The position numbers were made by a program, and so were the translations under genes. DNA of 64,000 nt from IMG/VR virus record IMGVR_UViG_3300025626_000004; one strand, given 5' to 3'. This document shows, in pieces, positions 20,679-30,625 of this stretch. The stretch's first letter is position 1. Every line of letters starts with the position of its first letter. Under the pieces are notes generated by a model. It did no database searches. It was not told the DNA's origin and was given only the letters and a program-made list of their open reading frames with translations. This DNA comes from a virus.

Positions 20679-22007
20679 ATGCAATCTTATGATAAACTAG
20701 TCGAAAAATGGGCACCAGTTCTGAATGAAAATTCAGCCGGTTCCATCGACAATCACCACAAACGTTCTGTAACCGCAGCCGTTCTCGAAAACCAAGAAAT
20801 TGCTATGCGTGAAGATCGCGCTGCGCAAAACGGTTTCCTAACAGAAGCTGCACCTGGTAACGCAACTAGCTCAATTGGTACATGGGATCCAGTACTGATT
20901 AGCTTGGTACGTCGTTCCATGCCAAACCTGATGGCCTATGATGTTGCTGGCGTTCAGCCAATGTCCGGTCCAACTGGCCTCATCTTTGCGATGAAAGCCC
21001 GTTACGGTGCTGGTGCAACTGGTTCAACCGAAGCTCTCTTCAACGAAGCTAACACAGAATTCTCTGGTTCACAAGCCGCTAACGGTTTCACACAACCTGC
21101 TGATGGTTCTGGCCTTAACGATTCTGCTGGTGCCGCAAACGGTATTGACGATGAGCGTACAACTGCTCTTTCTGGCAATCCAATGGGTACTGACTCTGCT
21201 GAAGCTCTTGGTTCTGCAAACAATGCTGCGTTTGCTGAAATGGGTTTCACCATTGAAAAAGCAACTGTGACCGCCAAGTCACGTGCACTGAAAGCTGAAT
21301 ACAGCTTAGAGCTTGCACAAGACTTGAAAGCGATTCATGGTCTTGACGCAGAAACTGAATTGGCAAATATCTTGTCAACTGAGATTCTTGCTGAAATCAA
21401 CCGCGAAGTAATTCGTACAATCAACTCACAAGCCAAAACTGGTGCACTGCAAGCTAACACAGCTGTAAACGGTATCTTTAACTTGTCTTCTGATGCTGAT
21501 GGTCGTTGGTCTGCTGAGAAGTTCAAAGGTCTGGTTGTACAAATCGAACGTGAAGCAAACGTAATTGCAAAAGAAACTCGTAGAGGAAAAGGTAACTTTA
21601 TTATCTGTTCTTCAGACGTAGCTTCTGCTTTGACTGCTTCCGGCATGCTCGATTATACTCCTGCTTTGTCAACTAACTTGAATGTTGATGACACAGGTTC
21701 AACCTTTGCTGGTGTTCTTAATGGTCGTACAAAAGTATACATCGATCCGTATGCAACTGTTGACTATATCACTGTTGGTTATAAGGGTACAAACCCATAT
21801 GATGCAGGTCTCTTCTATTGTCCATACGTACCACTCACAATGGTTCGTGCGGTTGGTGAAGATACGTTCCAGCCTAAAATTGGTTTCAAGACACGCTACG
21901 GCATGGCTTCTAACCCATTCGTTGGTGCGACTCCTGCTGACGGTCTTGCAACTGCAAAAACCAACCAGTACTACCGTATCTTCCGTGTAGACAACATCCT
22001 CACATAA
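20679..22007 (+). CDS. gp23: major capsid protein gp23
   Basis: GVQPMSGPTGLIFA, AKSRALKAEYSLELAQDLKAIHGLDAE, FYCPYVPL, FQPKIGFKTRYG. Confidence 0.98.
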   Translation: MQSYDKLVEKWAPVLNENSAGSIDNHHKRSVTAAVLENQEIAMREDRAAQNGFLTEAAPGNATSSIGTWDPVLISLVRRSMPNLMAYDVAGVQPMSGPTGLIFAMKARYGAGATGSTEALFNEANTEFSGSQAANGFTQPADGSGLNDSAGAANGIDDERTTALSGNPMGTDSAEALGSANNAAFAEMGFTIEKATVTAKSRALKAEYSLELAQDLKAIHGLDAETELANILSTEILAEINREVIRTINSQAKTGALQANTAVNGIFNLSSDADGRWSAEKFKGLVVQIEREANVIAKETRRGKGNFIICSSDVASALTASGMLDYTPALSTNLNVDDTGSTFAGVLNGRTKVYIDPYATVDYITVGYKGTNPYDAGLFYCPYVPLTMVRAVGEDTFQPKIGFKTRYGMASNPFVGATPADGLATAKTNQYYRIFRVDNILT

Positions 22008-22023
22008 GTTACTCATAAAAAAA

Positions 22024-22076
22024 GGGAGGGGATTTAACCCCTCCCAACTAAGCTCCACTTCGGTGGGGCTTTTTTT
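22024..22076. terminator. tandem hairpins / bidirectional terminator after gp23
   Basis: GGGAGGGG-ATTTAA-CCCCTCCC preceded by an A-run, then AGCTCCAC-TTCG-GTGGGGCT-T6. Confidence 0.85.
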
Positions 22077-22317
22077 ATGCTCCAACACCTGTCCATACAA
22101 ATTCGTCGAATCTTTGTTTAAGAACTTTGACAATGTCCCAGAAGTTTTCATCGTCAAATGGTTCAAGAACTATAATTGTTCCATCCCCATCATAAAACCA
22201 ACCATCCTTTATCACAATGTCAAAGACACCACAAGAGTAATCATAGTCAAGTATCATAGCAACTCGCTTTTTACCGAGTGCTTTATAAATACGAGCTTGA
22301 GTAATTGGTAAAGTCAT
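22075..22317 (-). CDS. hypothetical early protein
   Basis: AGGAGG RBS; last gene of the early cassette. Confidence 0.7.
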   Translation of the reverse strand: MTLPITQARIYKALGKKRVAMILDYDYSCGVFDIVIKDGWFYDGDGTIIVLEPFDDENFWDIVKVLKQRFDEFVWTGVGA

Positions 22318-22325
22318 AAGACCTC

Positions 22326-22439
22326 CTACTGATTAGATTTACGCAAAGCAATATACAGACTTTCAGGAATTACTTGCAACCCCTTCACTCGGCGAGCTTC
22401 ACAATATTCCTTGTAAGTTTTATATGAACACGCAGTCAT
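22326..22439 (-). CDS. 37-aa hypothetical protein (MTACSYKTYKEYCEARR...), absent from the ORF track
   Basis: TAATG overlap with the upstream gene; stop abuts the RBS of the next gene. Confidence 0.6.
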   Translation of the reverse strand: MTACSYKTYKEYCEARRVKGLQVIPESLYIALRKSNQ

Positions 22440-22822
22440 TACGCTGCCTCCCTATCATAGTCGTATGCACAGTGGTAGCCACTCTTACGAGCCTGCTTCT
22501 CTTTAAAATCAAACATTACTTTGTAATACCAATCTTCATTATTGTTCTTAAGAATTTGTAGTGGTGAGCTGTCAAGACCATCTTTTGCTCTCTCTGCTAC
22601 ATACTCTTCAACTGTGAAGTTATTGATAAGCTGTGTAAGGAATTTTGCCTTTGTGAAAGGACCACTATATTTAAAGCGAGCAATAAAAAGATCTTTACCT
22701 TTGCCGACGTTTGTTGGATGTACGTTTTTGCCAGCTTCGTACACAGGACGACCTTCGTAATCGGCTGTATACATTAGGTATCCGCCGTGGTAGTTAAAGT
22801 CTTTTCTGTTGAACTTTGTCAT
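22439..22822 (-). CDS. hypothetical early protein (MTKFNRKDF...)
   Basis: GGAG RBS and early promoter upstream of ATG 22822. Confidence 0.75.
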   Translation of the reverse strand: MTKFNRKDFNYHGGYLMYTADYEGRPVYEAGKNVHPTNVGKGKDLFIARFKYSGPFTKAKFLTQLINNFTVEEYVAERAKDGLDSSPLQILKNNNEDWYYKVMFDFKEKQARKSGYHCAYDYDREAA

Positions 22823-22840
22823 AGTGTATCTCCATGTTAG

Positions 22841-22891
22841 TGTTTCTGTAACCAGAATAATACATCTCATAAGTCTTGTACACACTTATTT
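22841..22891 (-). repeat. early-promoter repeat copy 2
   Basis: 6 mismatches in 51 bp versus the copy at 35084; TGTACA-N17-TATTCT retained. Confidence 0.85.
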
Positions 22892-22904
22892 GCGCTTTTT
22901 TTAA

Positions 22905-22912
22905 TATAAATA
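22905..22912 (+). promoter_or_regulatory. late promoter TATAAATA (gp3)
   Basis: Exact consensus. Confidence 0.8.
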
Positions 22913-22935
22913 GACATATATTAGAGGACACAACT

Positions 22936-23475
22936 ATGGCTAACGAATCTGCTACTATCTCTACCGGATTACTTGAATCCACACTTTCAACTAATACAAA
23001 TTTCTTGCAGCCGACAGGTTTTAAGTTATCAATTAATCGTAAATATATGCCAAACCTAGAGTACTTTGCACAGTCAGTTCAACATCCTGGTGCTTCTATA
23101 AATACTGTTGAGGTTCCATACAGACGTATTGGTTCTGTTCCATTTACAGGTGGAACAATGGTATTTGGTGAAGCCTCTGCTATGATCGTGCTTGACGAAA
23201 ACTTAAGTGCATACACAGAAATGTACAACTGGATTAATAGCTTTGTTGATAGACCAGATGTAAAAGCTTCTGATGGCAATAGTAACTTAGGCCCATCTGT
23301 AGCAGACATTACGGTGTCTATATTAACAAGCGCAAATAACGTTGCGAAGAAGCTAATATATAGAGATGCAATACCTACTCTACTAGGTGATATCAACTTT
23401 GAAGCTGGAACAGGTGATGTTCAATACATTACATTCCCAATTTCGTTTAGGTTCACTTACTTTGACTTACTTTAA
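22936..23475 (+). CDS. gp3: tail tube terminator/completion protein gp3
   Basis: NFLQPTGFK, LDENLSAYTEMYNWI, FRFTYF; synteny before uvsY. Confidence 0.85.
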   Translation: MANESATISTGLLESTLSTNTNFLQPTGFKLSINRKYMPNLEYFAQSVQHPGASINTVEVPYRRIGSVPFTGGTMVFGEASAMIVLDENLSAYTEMYNWINSFVDRPDVKASDGNSNLGPSVADITVSILTSANNVAKKLIYRDAIPTLLGDINFEAGTGDVQYITFPISFRFTYFDLL

Positions 23476-23492
23476 ACTTTTAAGGTTATATT

Positions 23493-23936
23493 ATGGATTT
23501 AAAAACTATACTCGAAATGTGGTCTGTCGACTCTATAATTGAAGAGACCAGCTTAGATGAAGCATCTAGGCAATCCCCCATTTTACATGCAAAATACCTT
23601 GAGCTGCATTCGCTGACTAGACTTCGCCTAAAAAAAGCTGAGCAAAAGCAAAAGATCTTATTAAAAGAGAAGTGGCTATATTACAACGGGAAAATGGATC
23701 ACTCCGAAATTATTGAAAAAGGTTGGGAACCTGATCCATTTAATGGGCTTAAAATTCTTAAAGGTGAAATGGACTATTATTATGATGCTGATCCTGAGAT
23801 ACAACAAACGGTTGAGGCTATAGAATATCTGAAGACCATAATGGATACTCTGAAGGAGGTTATAGATAATGTCAAATGGAGACATCAGACTATAGGTAAT
23901 ATGATTAAGTGGAGAGTATTTCAAAGTGGCGATTAA
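23493..23936 (+). CDS. uvsY: recombination mediator UvsY
   Basis: LHAKYL, KWLYYNGK, YYDAD, IGNMIKWRVFQSG. Confidence 0.9.
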   Translation: MDLKTILEMWSVDSIIEETSLDEASRQSPILHAKYLELHSLTRLRLKKAEQKQKILLKEKWLYYNGKMDHSEIIEKGWEPDPFNGLKILKGEMDYYYDADPEIQQTVEAIEYLKTIMDTLKEVIDNVKWRHQTIGNMIKWRVFQSGD

Positions 23937-24147
23937 ACCTAATTTACTATTCGAGTTGGATGTGAGAGACATCGAAATCATTGAAAGTGCACTGAGATCA
24001 AAGGCCGGACGTAGAGGCTTAGCAATTGCTCAAGGTGAAACTAGTGACAAACTTAAGTCTGAGATGATTGAAATAAATGATCTAATGGGAAGAATACACA
24101 ATCAGAAAAATTGGTACAGGCCAAAAGGGAAATTTGTGAGTGGCTAA
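23926..24147 (+). CDS. hypothetical protein
   Basis: 73-aa ORF overlapping both neighbours in the operon. Confidence 0.65.
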   Translation: MAIKPNLLFELDVRDIEIIESALRSKAGRRGLAIAQGETSDKLKSEMIEINDLMGRIHNQKNWYRPKGKFVSG

Positions 24148-25675
24148 TATTACATTATGGAAGAAGAACGAAAGTATAGCTCTTGTTAAATGTGATGATG
24201 GAATTGCCCACGAACTAAGTGAATACTTTTCATTTTTTGTTCCTGGTTACAAATATATGAAGATGTATAAAATTAAAGTGTGGGATGGTAAAATCCGCCT
24301 CTTTAATCTACAGACACGTGAGTTACCGGCTGGCCTATATCCGTTTGTTGTTGAATTTTGCAAGCGTAATAACTACACCATAGAAACCGAATCAAATGAA
24401 TTTGGATCTTTACTAGATACTGATAAAATTAAACCAAAAGATCTTAACGAATTTATAAAGTCTCTTAACCTGCAAAATAACGGACAGTCTATTGAAGTTC
24501 GTGACTATCAATTTGATGCTATAGCAAAGGCTTTAGATATTAATCGCTGTGTGTTGTTAAGCCCTACTGGTTCTGGTAAGTCTCTTATCATTTATGTATT
24601 GACACAGTATTATCATGCTATGCTTAATGACGATAGATATCCAATGAAGGCATTGATTATTGTTCCTACAACATCTCTTGTAGAACAAATGTATGATGAC
24701 TTTAAGAACTACGGGTTAGATGTAGAAAAAGAATGTCATAGAATTTATAGTGGAAGAGATAAAGATAATATACAAGCCTCTATCGTTATTTCAACATGGC
24801 AGTCTATTTACAAACTAGATGTAGAATGGTATGAACAGTTTGGTATAGTTATTGGAGATGAATGCCACGGATTTAAATCTAAATCTCTTACTGAGATTAT
24901 GACTAAGTGCGTGAACGCAAAGTATAGATATGGTACAACTGGCACCCTGGACAATGCCCAGGTCCACCACCTTGTCCTACAGGGACTGTTTGGTAAAATA
25001 CATAGGGTTACAACAACCAGGAAGCTACAAGATAATAATACATTAGCAGATCTTGATATAAATATATTAGTATTGAAGTATGATGAAAGCATTAGAAAGG
25101 CATTCGGAAAACAAAGTTATCAGGATGAGATTGCTTGGATAGTGGATAATAAGGCTAGAAACAACTTTATCCGTAACTTAGCAGTTGATCAAAAAGGTAA
25201 CACTCTGGTGTTATTTAATTTCGTTGAAAAGCATGGTAAACCATTATATGAATTGATTAAAGATAAAGCTGGTGATAATAGGCAAGTATTTTACGTATCA
25301 GGTGAAGTTGAAACGTCAGATCGTGAATCGATTAGAAAAATTACGGAGGGTGAAAAAGATGCTATTATCGTTGCTTCTCTTGGGACTTTTAGCACTGGAA
25401 TTAATATTCGCAACTTGCATAATATTATTTTTGCATCACCTTCTAAGTCCCAAATCAAAGTTCTTCAGTCTATCGGCAGAGGACTCAGAAAATCTGATAA
25501 TGGACAAGTTACTACCTTGTATGATATATCGGACGACCTCCACTACAAAGGCCACCAAAACTATGCGATGCTCCACTCGATAGAAAGAGTGAAGATATAT
25601 AAAAAAGAGAAGTTTAAATTTAAATTAATTGAGGTACCAATTCATGGACATCAGACACTTCAAGTTGACGACTAA
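24140..25675 (+). CDS. uvsW: SF2 helicase UvsW
   Basis: WDGKIRL, SPTGSGKS, DECH, GTTGT, QSIGRGLR. Confidence 0.95.
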   Translation: MANITLWKKNESIALVKCDDGIAHELSEYFSFFVPGYKYMKMYKIKVWDGKIRLFNLQTRELPAGLYPFVVEFCKRNNYTIETESNEFGSLLDTDKIKPKDLNEFIKSLNLQNNGQSIEVRDYQFDAIAKALDINRCVLLSPTGSGKSLIIYVLTQYYHAMLNDDRYPMKALIIVPTTSLVEQMYDDFKNYGLDVEKECHRIYSGRDKDNIQASIVISTWQSIYKLDVEWYEQFGIVIGDECHGFKSKSLTEIMTKCVNAKYRYGTTGTLDNAQVHHLVLQGLFGKIHRVTTTRKLQDNNTLADLDINILVLKYDESIRKAFGKQSYQDEIAWIVDNKARNNFIRNLAVDQKGNTLVLFNFVEKHGKPLYELIKDKAGDNRQVFYVSGEVETSDRESIRKITEGEKDAIIVASLGTFSTGINIRNLHNIIFASPSKSQIKVLQSIGRGLRKSDNGQVTTLYDISDDLHYKGHQNYAMLHSIERVKIYKKEKFKFKLIEVPIHGHQTLQVDD

Positions 25676-26087
25676 CGAAGAGCTTTTATGCGAAGTTGTA
25701 GAATATCATGATGAAGATGACGCTTTGGTAATTAGAAAGTCTTTAAAATTAGTATGCATGGATAATATGGAAACTGGAAACAGATATTATTCTTTTAGAC
25801 CTTTTATGATGTATCAACTAGAATCAGATTCATTTCAAATTTTAAGCGCGCAACACATTTTAGGAGAAACCCATCCACACGATGACATGTTATCAGAATA
25901 CTTTAAAGCACTATCTACTTTTATGGAAGATGCCGAAGATGGTAATATATCTGTAGACAAAATGCGGAGAGAAATGAAAGAGCATATGGATTCTATGGAA
26001 AAGAAAGTAGACAATATTTTAGAGGGAGACGAGAGTGGTGAGCTTGGTAAGATTTTGAAATTTAGAACAAAACCAATATTACACTAG
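25644..26087 (+). CDS. hypothetical protein (Sm-like fold suspected), in the uvsW-gp55 interval of marine T4-likes
   Basis: FKLTTNEELLCEV N-terminus; GAGG RBS; synteny. Confidence 0.65.
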   Translation: MDIRHFKLTTNEELLCEVVEYHDEDDALVIRKSLKLVCMDNMETGNRYYSFRPFMMYQLESDSFQILSAQHILGETHPHDDMLSEYFKALSTFMEDAEDGNISVDKMRREMKEHMDSMEKKVDNILEGDESGELGKILKFRTKPILH

Positions 26088-26118
26088 GGTATCCATCCAC
26101 CCTCAAGCTAACTCTTTA

Positions 26119-26147
26119 ATTATACCACTGTATTGCGATATTGTAAA
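26119..26147 (-). promoter_or_regulatory. antisense early-type promoter (TTTACA-N17-TATAAT)
   Basis: Perfect match to the phage consensus, including the extended TGG; no ORF downstream. Confidence 0.65.
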
Positions 26148-26180
26148 CCCCTAATGTAAGAATACCGAAAAAAAATTATG

Positions 26181-26209
26181 TGTACTTCTATTCACATACA
26201 CGGTATAAT
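26181..26209 (+). promoter_or_regulatory. early promoter (TGTACT-N17-TATAAT) for gp55
   Basis: Consensus with upstream A-tract. Confidence 0.8.
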
Positions 26210-26233
26210 ATAGACAATGTTAAGGAATGTATT

Positions 26234-26821
26234 ATGAAACCACAGGACAAGCCCCATTACGTCAACAATAGAGATTTCTCTAATGCTGTTGTTGAATACG
26301 TAAAAACACTAAACGAAGCTAGAGAAAATAATACTAAACTACCTGTTGTCACAAACTACGTAGCAACTTGTTTTCTTAAAATAGCCGAAGGCCTTTCACA
26401 CAAGTCAAACTTTATTCGTTACACATACCGTGAAGAAATGGTAATGGATGCTGTTGAGAATTGCCTTAAAGCTATTGAGAATTATAATATCGATGCTGCT
26501 ACACGTACAGGTAAACCTAATGCGTTCTCATATTTCACTCAAATATCATGGTATGCATTTCTCCGCCGTATTGCTAAAGAGAAAAAACAACAAGACGTGA
26601 AGATGAAATATATCTCCCAATCGGGCATAGATATGTTTGTCGTGGTCGAAGCTGGTAGCGCTGCTGCTGGAGTAGCCGGACATTTTGTTGATACTCTTAG
26701 AGACCGTATTGATAAAGTAAAAGAATACGACTCTGAGCTTAAGGTGTTTGCTAAGAAAGAAAAGAAACGTAAGAAGCCAATCCAAAAGGTCGACTCAGAC
26801 TTAACTGGATTCTTGGAATGA
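26234..26821 (+). CDS. gp55: late-transcription sigma factor gp55
   Basis: HYVNNRDF, KIAEGLSHKSNF, EEMVMDAVENC, NAFSYFTQISWYAFLRRIAKEKKQ. Confidence 0.96.
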   Translation: MKPQDKPHYVNNRDFSNAVVEYVKTLNEARENNTKLPVVTNYVATCFLKIAEGLSHKSNFIRYTYREEMVMDAVENCLKAIENYNIDAATRTGKPNAFSYFTQISWYAFLRRIAKEKKQQDVKMKYISQSGIDMFVVVEAGSAAAGVAGHFVDTLRDRIDKVKEYDSELKVFAKKEKKRKKPIQKVDSDLTGFLE

Positions 26822-27879
26822 AGATTGCGATAATCAATGACACTCATGCAGGCGTTCGTAACAGCTCTGATATTTTTCTTGATAATGCCGAGGATTTTTA
26901 TGGGAACTGTTTTTTTCCTTACCTCTTGCGCTCTGGCATTAGCCATATCGTACATCTTGGTGACTTCTATGATGTAAGGAAATTCATTAACTTTAAAGTG
27001 CTTAATCGTACACGATCTATGTTTTTAGATAAACTTAGAGAGAACAAGATTACTATGGATATTATTCCAGGTAATCACGACACATACTTTAAAAATACTA
27101 ATGATTTGAATTCACTAAAAGAATTACTAGGCCACTATATGAATGAAGTACATATAGTGATGGAACCAACAGTCATGGAGTACGGATCTCTTAAAATGGC
27201 ACTGGTACCATGGATTAATAAAGAAAACTACGAAAGCAGTGTAAACTTTATTAAGAACTGTAAAGCTGATATTCTTGGTGGTCATTTAGAACTACAAGGC
27301 TTTGATGTGCTTAAAGGTGTACCATCACATAGTGGTATGGATCATAGAATATTTGAAAGGTTTGAACAAGTATATTCAGGCCATTTTCATACCAAGTCTA
27401 AGAAAGACAATATAACATATCTTGGATCTCAGATGGAATTTACTTGGTCAGATGCACATGATCAAAAGTATTTCCATGTACTAGATACAGAATCCCGTGA
27501 GCTAACGGCTATTCCAAACGACAAGACTATATTTCACCGAATCAAATATGATGATACTACTGAAGATTATTCAAACTTTGATTTTAGTATAGTAGATAAT
27601 AAGTTTGTCAAAATAGTTGTGCTTAATAAATCTAACTTGTTTACATTTGACGAATTTGTTGATAAAATCCAATCAAGGCCAATCCATGAACTAAAAATTG
27701 CCGAAGACTTTAAAGAGTTTTCTGGCGAAAATGTTGAGGATGGTGAAATAGATGTTGAAGAAACTTCTACTTTGCTTGACTCTTATGTGGAAAGTGTCGA
27801 AACAGATTTGGATAAAGACAGGCTAAAGATTAGCATGAGGAATTTGCTGACTGAAGCTCAAGCTATGGAAATTGCATGA
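26818..27879 (+). CDS. gp47: recombination endonuclease subunit gp47 (Mre11-like)
   Basis: DTHAG, HLGDFYD, GNHD, GHLE, SGHFH. Confidence 0.95.
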   Translation: MKIAIINDTHAGVRNSSDIFLDNAEDFYGNCFFPYLLRSGISHIVHLGDFYDVRKFINFKVLNRTRSMFLDKLRENKITMDIIPGNHDTYFKNTNDLNSLKELLGHYMNEVHIVMEPTVMEYGSLKMALVPWINKENYESSVNFIKNCKADILGGHLELQGFDVLKGVPSHSGMDHRIFERFEQVYSGHFHTKSKKDNITYLGSQMEFTWSDAHDQKYFHVLDTESRELTAIPNDKTIFHRIKYDDTTEDYSNFDFSIVDNKFVKIVVLNKSNLFTFDEFVDKIQSRPIHELKIAEDFKEFSGENVEDGEIDVEETSTLLDSYVESVETDLDKDRLKISMRNLLTEAQAMEIA

Positions 27880-29618
27880 TTGTATTTGAACAAGTTAAGT
27901 ATAAGAATTTCTTATCTACAGGTAATGAATTCACTACAATTGATTTGAATAAAACTAAATCTACGCTTATCGTGGGATCTAACGGAGCTGGCAAGTCTAC
28001 ATTGCTAGATGCTTTATCATTTGCTTTGTTCGGAAAGCCACATCGTAATATAAATAAGCCACAATTAGTTAATACTATTAATAATAAAGATTGCATTGTT
28101 GAATTGTTGTTCCGTAGTGGTTCAGCACATTACAGGATCGTTAGAGGCATAAAGCCGGCGATCTTTGAAATCTGGAAGAACGGAGTCATATTAAATGAAA
28201 ACGCTCATGCCAGTGAATATCAGAAGGTCCTTGAGCAGAACATCATTAAGTTAAATCATAAATCGTTCCACCAAATCGTCGTATTGGGTAGCAGTTCCTT
28301 TATTCCCTTTATGCAGCTCGCTTCAGGCAACCGGCGTGAGGTTATCGAGGACCTTCTAGATATTAATGTCTTCTCTAAAATGGGTAAGCTTGTTAAGCAA
28401 AAGACTGCCGATATCAAAGACAAACTAAAAGACAATTCATATGAGTTGGATTTAGTCAAGAATAAGATTGAGACTCAAACTAAGTATATTCGTGATATTG
28501 CTCAAATCAATGAAACGGAAATCAATGAGAAAAAAAATAGTATTATCTCCATCAATAAAGAGATCGAGGGATTACACGATAGCAATAAAGACTTGGAGAG
28601 CTTTGTTGAAGCAAATGCCGAAGAGGTCAGATCTCAGCTCAAAAAAGGCAACGATGGTAAGCAAGTCATATTACACGATAAAGCTGCTACCGCACACGCC
28701 ATTACAGATATTGTTAAACACTCAAAATTCTATGCGGAAAATGACGAGTGCCCAACATGCACGCAGAAAATTGAAGCTACCTTTAAAGAAAATAAGATCT
28801 CGTCACTTAAAGAACAGGCGCGTGCCTTATCGAAACAAAGTCTAGCTCTTGAAGAAAGATCAAGAGAGATTAGTGATTTACTCGAAGCTGCTGGTAAAAT
28901 TGCAGAAGAGATTCGTAAGAACCAGTCTGACATTAGCGGTAACAATAGAGAAATTGTAACGTTACAAACTCAAATTAATCAGCTTGGTGCTGATATTAAT
29001 AGGTTACAGTCTAGTGGTGGTGATTTAGGTCAAGCGAATATTGATCTAACATCCATGCAGGATCAACGTAATGTTCTGGTTGATATGAAGTCTGTGCTAA
29101 ACGAAGATTATACATATCATGCAGCCATGGCAGAAATGCTAAAGGACACAGGTATTAAAACTAAAATCATCAAACAATACATACCAGTTATTAATAATCT
29201 AGTTAATAAGTATTTACAAATTCTAGATTTCTATGTGCATTTTGATTTAGACGAAGGCTTTAAAGAAACTATAAGATCTAGACATAGAGATTCGTTCTCA
29301 TACGATTCCTTTTCAGAAGGAGAAAAACAACGAATAGATTTAGCATTACTATTCACTTGGCGGATGATTGCTAAGATGAAAAACTCTGTTGCTACAAACT
29401 TATTGGTTTTAGATGAAACATTTGATTCCAGCCTTGACCACGACGGAGTAGATAACTTAACTAAAATCTTACATACACTAGATGAGTCTACTAATACTTT
29501 TATTATCTCACACAAAGGAGAAATCCTCGATGGTAAATTTAAGTCAAAGCTTGAGTTTGTAAAAGAGAAAAACTTTTCTAAAATCAAGAGTGTACAAATA
29601 GAAACAAATATGGTATAA
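27876..29618 (+). CDS. gp46: recombination ATPase gp46 (Rad50-like)
   Basis: GSNGAGKST, CPTC zinc hook, FSEGEK, LDETFD. Confidence 0.96.
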   Translation: MIVFEQVKYKNFLSTGNEFTTIDLNKTKSTLIVGSNGAGKSTLLDALSFALFGKPHRNINKPQLVNTINNKDCIVELLFRSGSAHYRIVRGIKPAIFEIWKNGVILNENAHASEYQKVLEQNIIKLNHKSFHQIVVLGSSSFIPFMQLASGNRREVIEDLLDINVFSKMGKLVKQKTADIKDKLKDNSYELDLVKNKIETQTKYIRDIAQINETEINEKKNSIISINKEIEGLHDSNKDLESFVEANAEEVRSQLKKGNDGKQVILHDKAATAHAITDIVKHSKFYAENDECPTCTQKIEATFKENKISSLKEQARALSKQSLALEERSREISDLLEAAGKIAEEIRKNQSDISGNNREIVTLQTQINQLGADINRLQSSGGDLGQANIDLTSMQDQRNVLVDMKSVLNEDYTYHAAMAEMLKDTGIKTKIIKQYIPVINNLVNKYLQILDFYVHFDLDEGFKETIRSRHRDSFSYDSFSEGEKQRIDLALLFTWRMIAKMKNSVATNLLVLDETFDSSLDHDGVDNLTKILHTLDESTNTFIISHKGEILDGKFKSKLEFVKEKNFSKIKSVQIETNMV

Positions 29619-29619
29619 T
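29591..29619 (+). promoter_or_regulatory. early promoter (TGTACA-N17-TATAAT) for gp45
   Basis: Consensus in the 3' end of gp46. Confidence 0.75.
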
Positions 29620-29645
29620 TGTACTATTCACAAACGGAGTATATT

Positions 29646-30323
29646 ATGGAACTGAATGAGTCAACAATTTCTGTCCTTAAGAATTACGCTAGTATTAATC
29701 CTAATATCGTAATCGAACAAGGCAATAAACTCAAGACTATGACTGAGGCACGTAACGTTATGTCTTCAGCAACTCTTGATAATGAATTCCCACAAGGATT
29801 TGGTATTTACGATCTTAACGAGTTTCTTGGTGTGATATCATTGGTCGATGAACCTACATTATCTTTTGAACAAGATTATGTGGTAGTAAGTGACTCAACA
29901 TGTAGTTCACGAATCAAATACTTCTTCTCTGATCCTGAAATGCTTACAACTCCTAAGAAAGATGTTGTAATGCCTTCTTCTGAGGTTACCTTCACGTTAG
30001 ATAATGATACGCTAAACCGTATTAAGCGTGCAGCGTCAACTCTTGGCCACACCGAACTCTCTATTACTGGCAAATCAAATAAGCTTTCAATGTCCGTTGT
30101 TGATAGCCAAAACGCCACATCTAATAACTTTTCTGTTGATCTCGACGGAGAATTTTCTGCAGAAGAGTTTAATTTCATTATAAATATCAGCAATCTAAAG
30201 ATGGTTCCTGGTGATTATGATGTTAGTATATCGTCGAAACTTATTTCGCACTTTGTTAACAAAGAATCAGGTATCCAGTACTGGATTGCACTTGAAAAAA
30301 CATCAACTTATATCGGAGCCTAA
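29646..30323 (+). CDS. gp45: sliding clamp gp45
   Basis: LKNYASIN, FGIYDLNEFL, YWIALE. Confidence 0.95.
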   Translation: MELNESTISVLKNYASINPNIVIEQGNKLKTMTEARNVMSSATLDNEFPQGFGIYDLNEFLGVISLVDEPTLSFEQDYVVVSDSTCSSRIKYFFSDPEMLTTPKKDVVMPSSEVTFTLDNDTLNRIKRAASTLGHTELSITGKSNKLSMSVVDSQNATSNNFSVDLDGEFSAEEFNFIINISNLKMVPGDYDVSISSKLISHFVNKESGIQYWIALEKTSTYIGA

Positions 30324-30326
30324 ATT

Positions 30327-30566
30327 ATGGTAGATAAAAAAGAAACTAAAACTGAAGCTGAAGATGCAACAGATCCAAATGCACAAATTTATGAAACGTC
30401 AAATCGCGCAGCACGTAGTATGATTGCTGTTATTGATACTATGACTCAGCGCGGTGCATTTAAAGGTGAAGAGCTTTCTACCATCGGACAACTTCGTGAT
30501 CAATGTGTAAGTCTTATCCAAATGGCTGAAAATTATCAGCAGGAGCAGGCACAAAACCAAGACTAA
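30327..30566 (+). CDS. hypothetical protein
   Basis: IDTMTQRGAFKGEELSTIGQL; operon position. Confidence 0.7.
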   Translation: MVDKKETKTEAEDATDPNAQIYETSNRAARSMIAVIDTMTQRGAFKGEELSTIGQLRDQCVSLIQMAENYQQEQAQNQD

Positions 30567-30569
30567 TAG

Positions 30570-30598
30570 TTTACTATCCTGCCCATACGTGATACTAT
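30570..30598 (+). promoter_or_regulatory. early-type promoter (TTTACT-N17-TACTAT) for gp44
   Basis: Intergenic near-consensus. Confidence 0.6.
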
Positions 30599-30625
30599 CT
30601 ACTTTATATAATGAGGGTTTAAGCT

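Noticed and set aside
14511-22166. Many antisense or alternate-frame ORFs inside gp18, gp22 and gp23
   Set aside because: They are shadows of codon-biased structural genes, with no RBS or motif support
22284-22291. TATAAATA late promoter
   Set aside because: Lies antisense within an early ORF with no plus-strand gene nearby; likely chance in AT-rich DNA
22008-22935. Missing gp24 vertex gene as a novelty
   Set aside because: Absence of gp24 after gp23 is usual in marine T4-like phages
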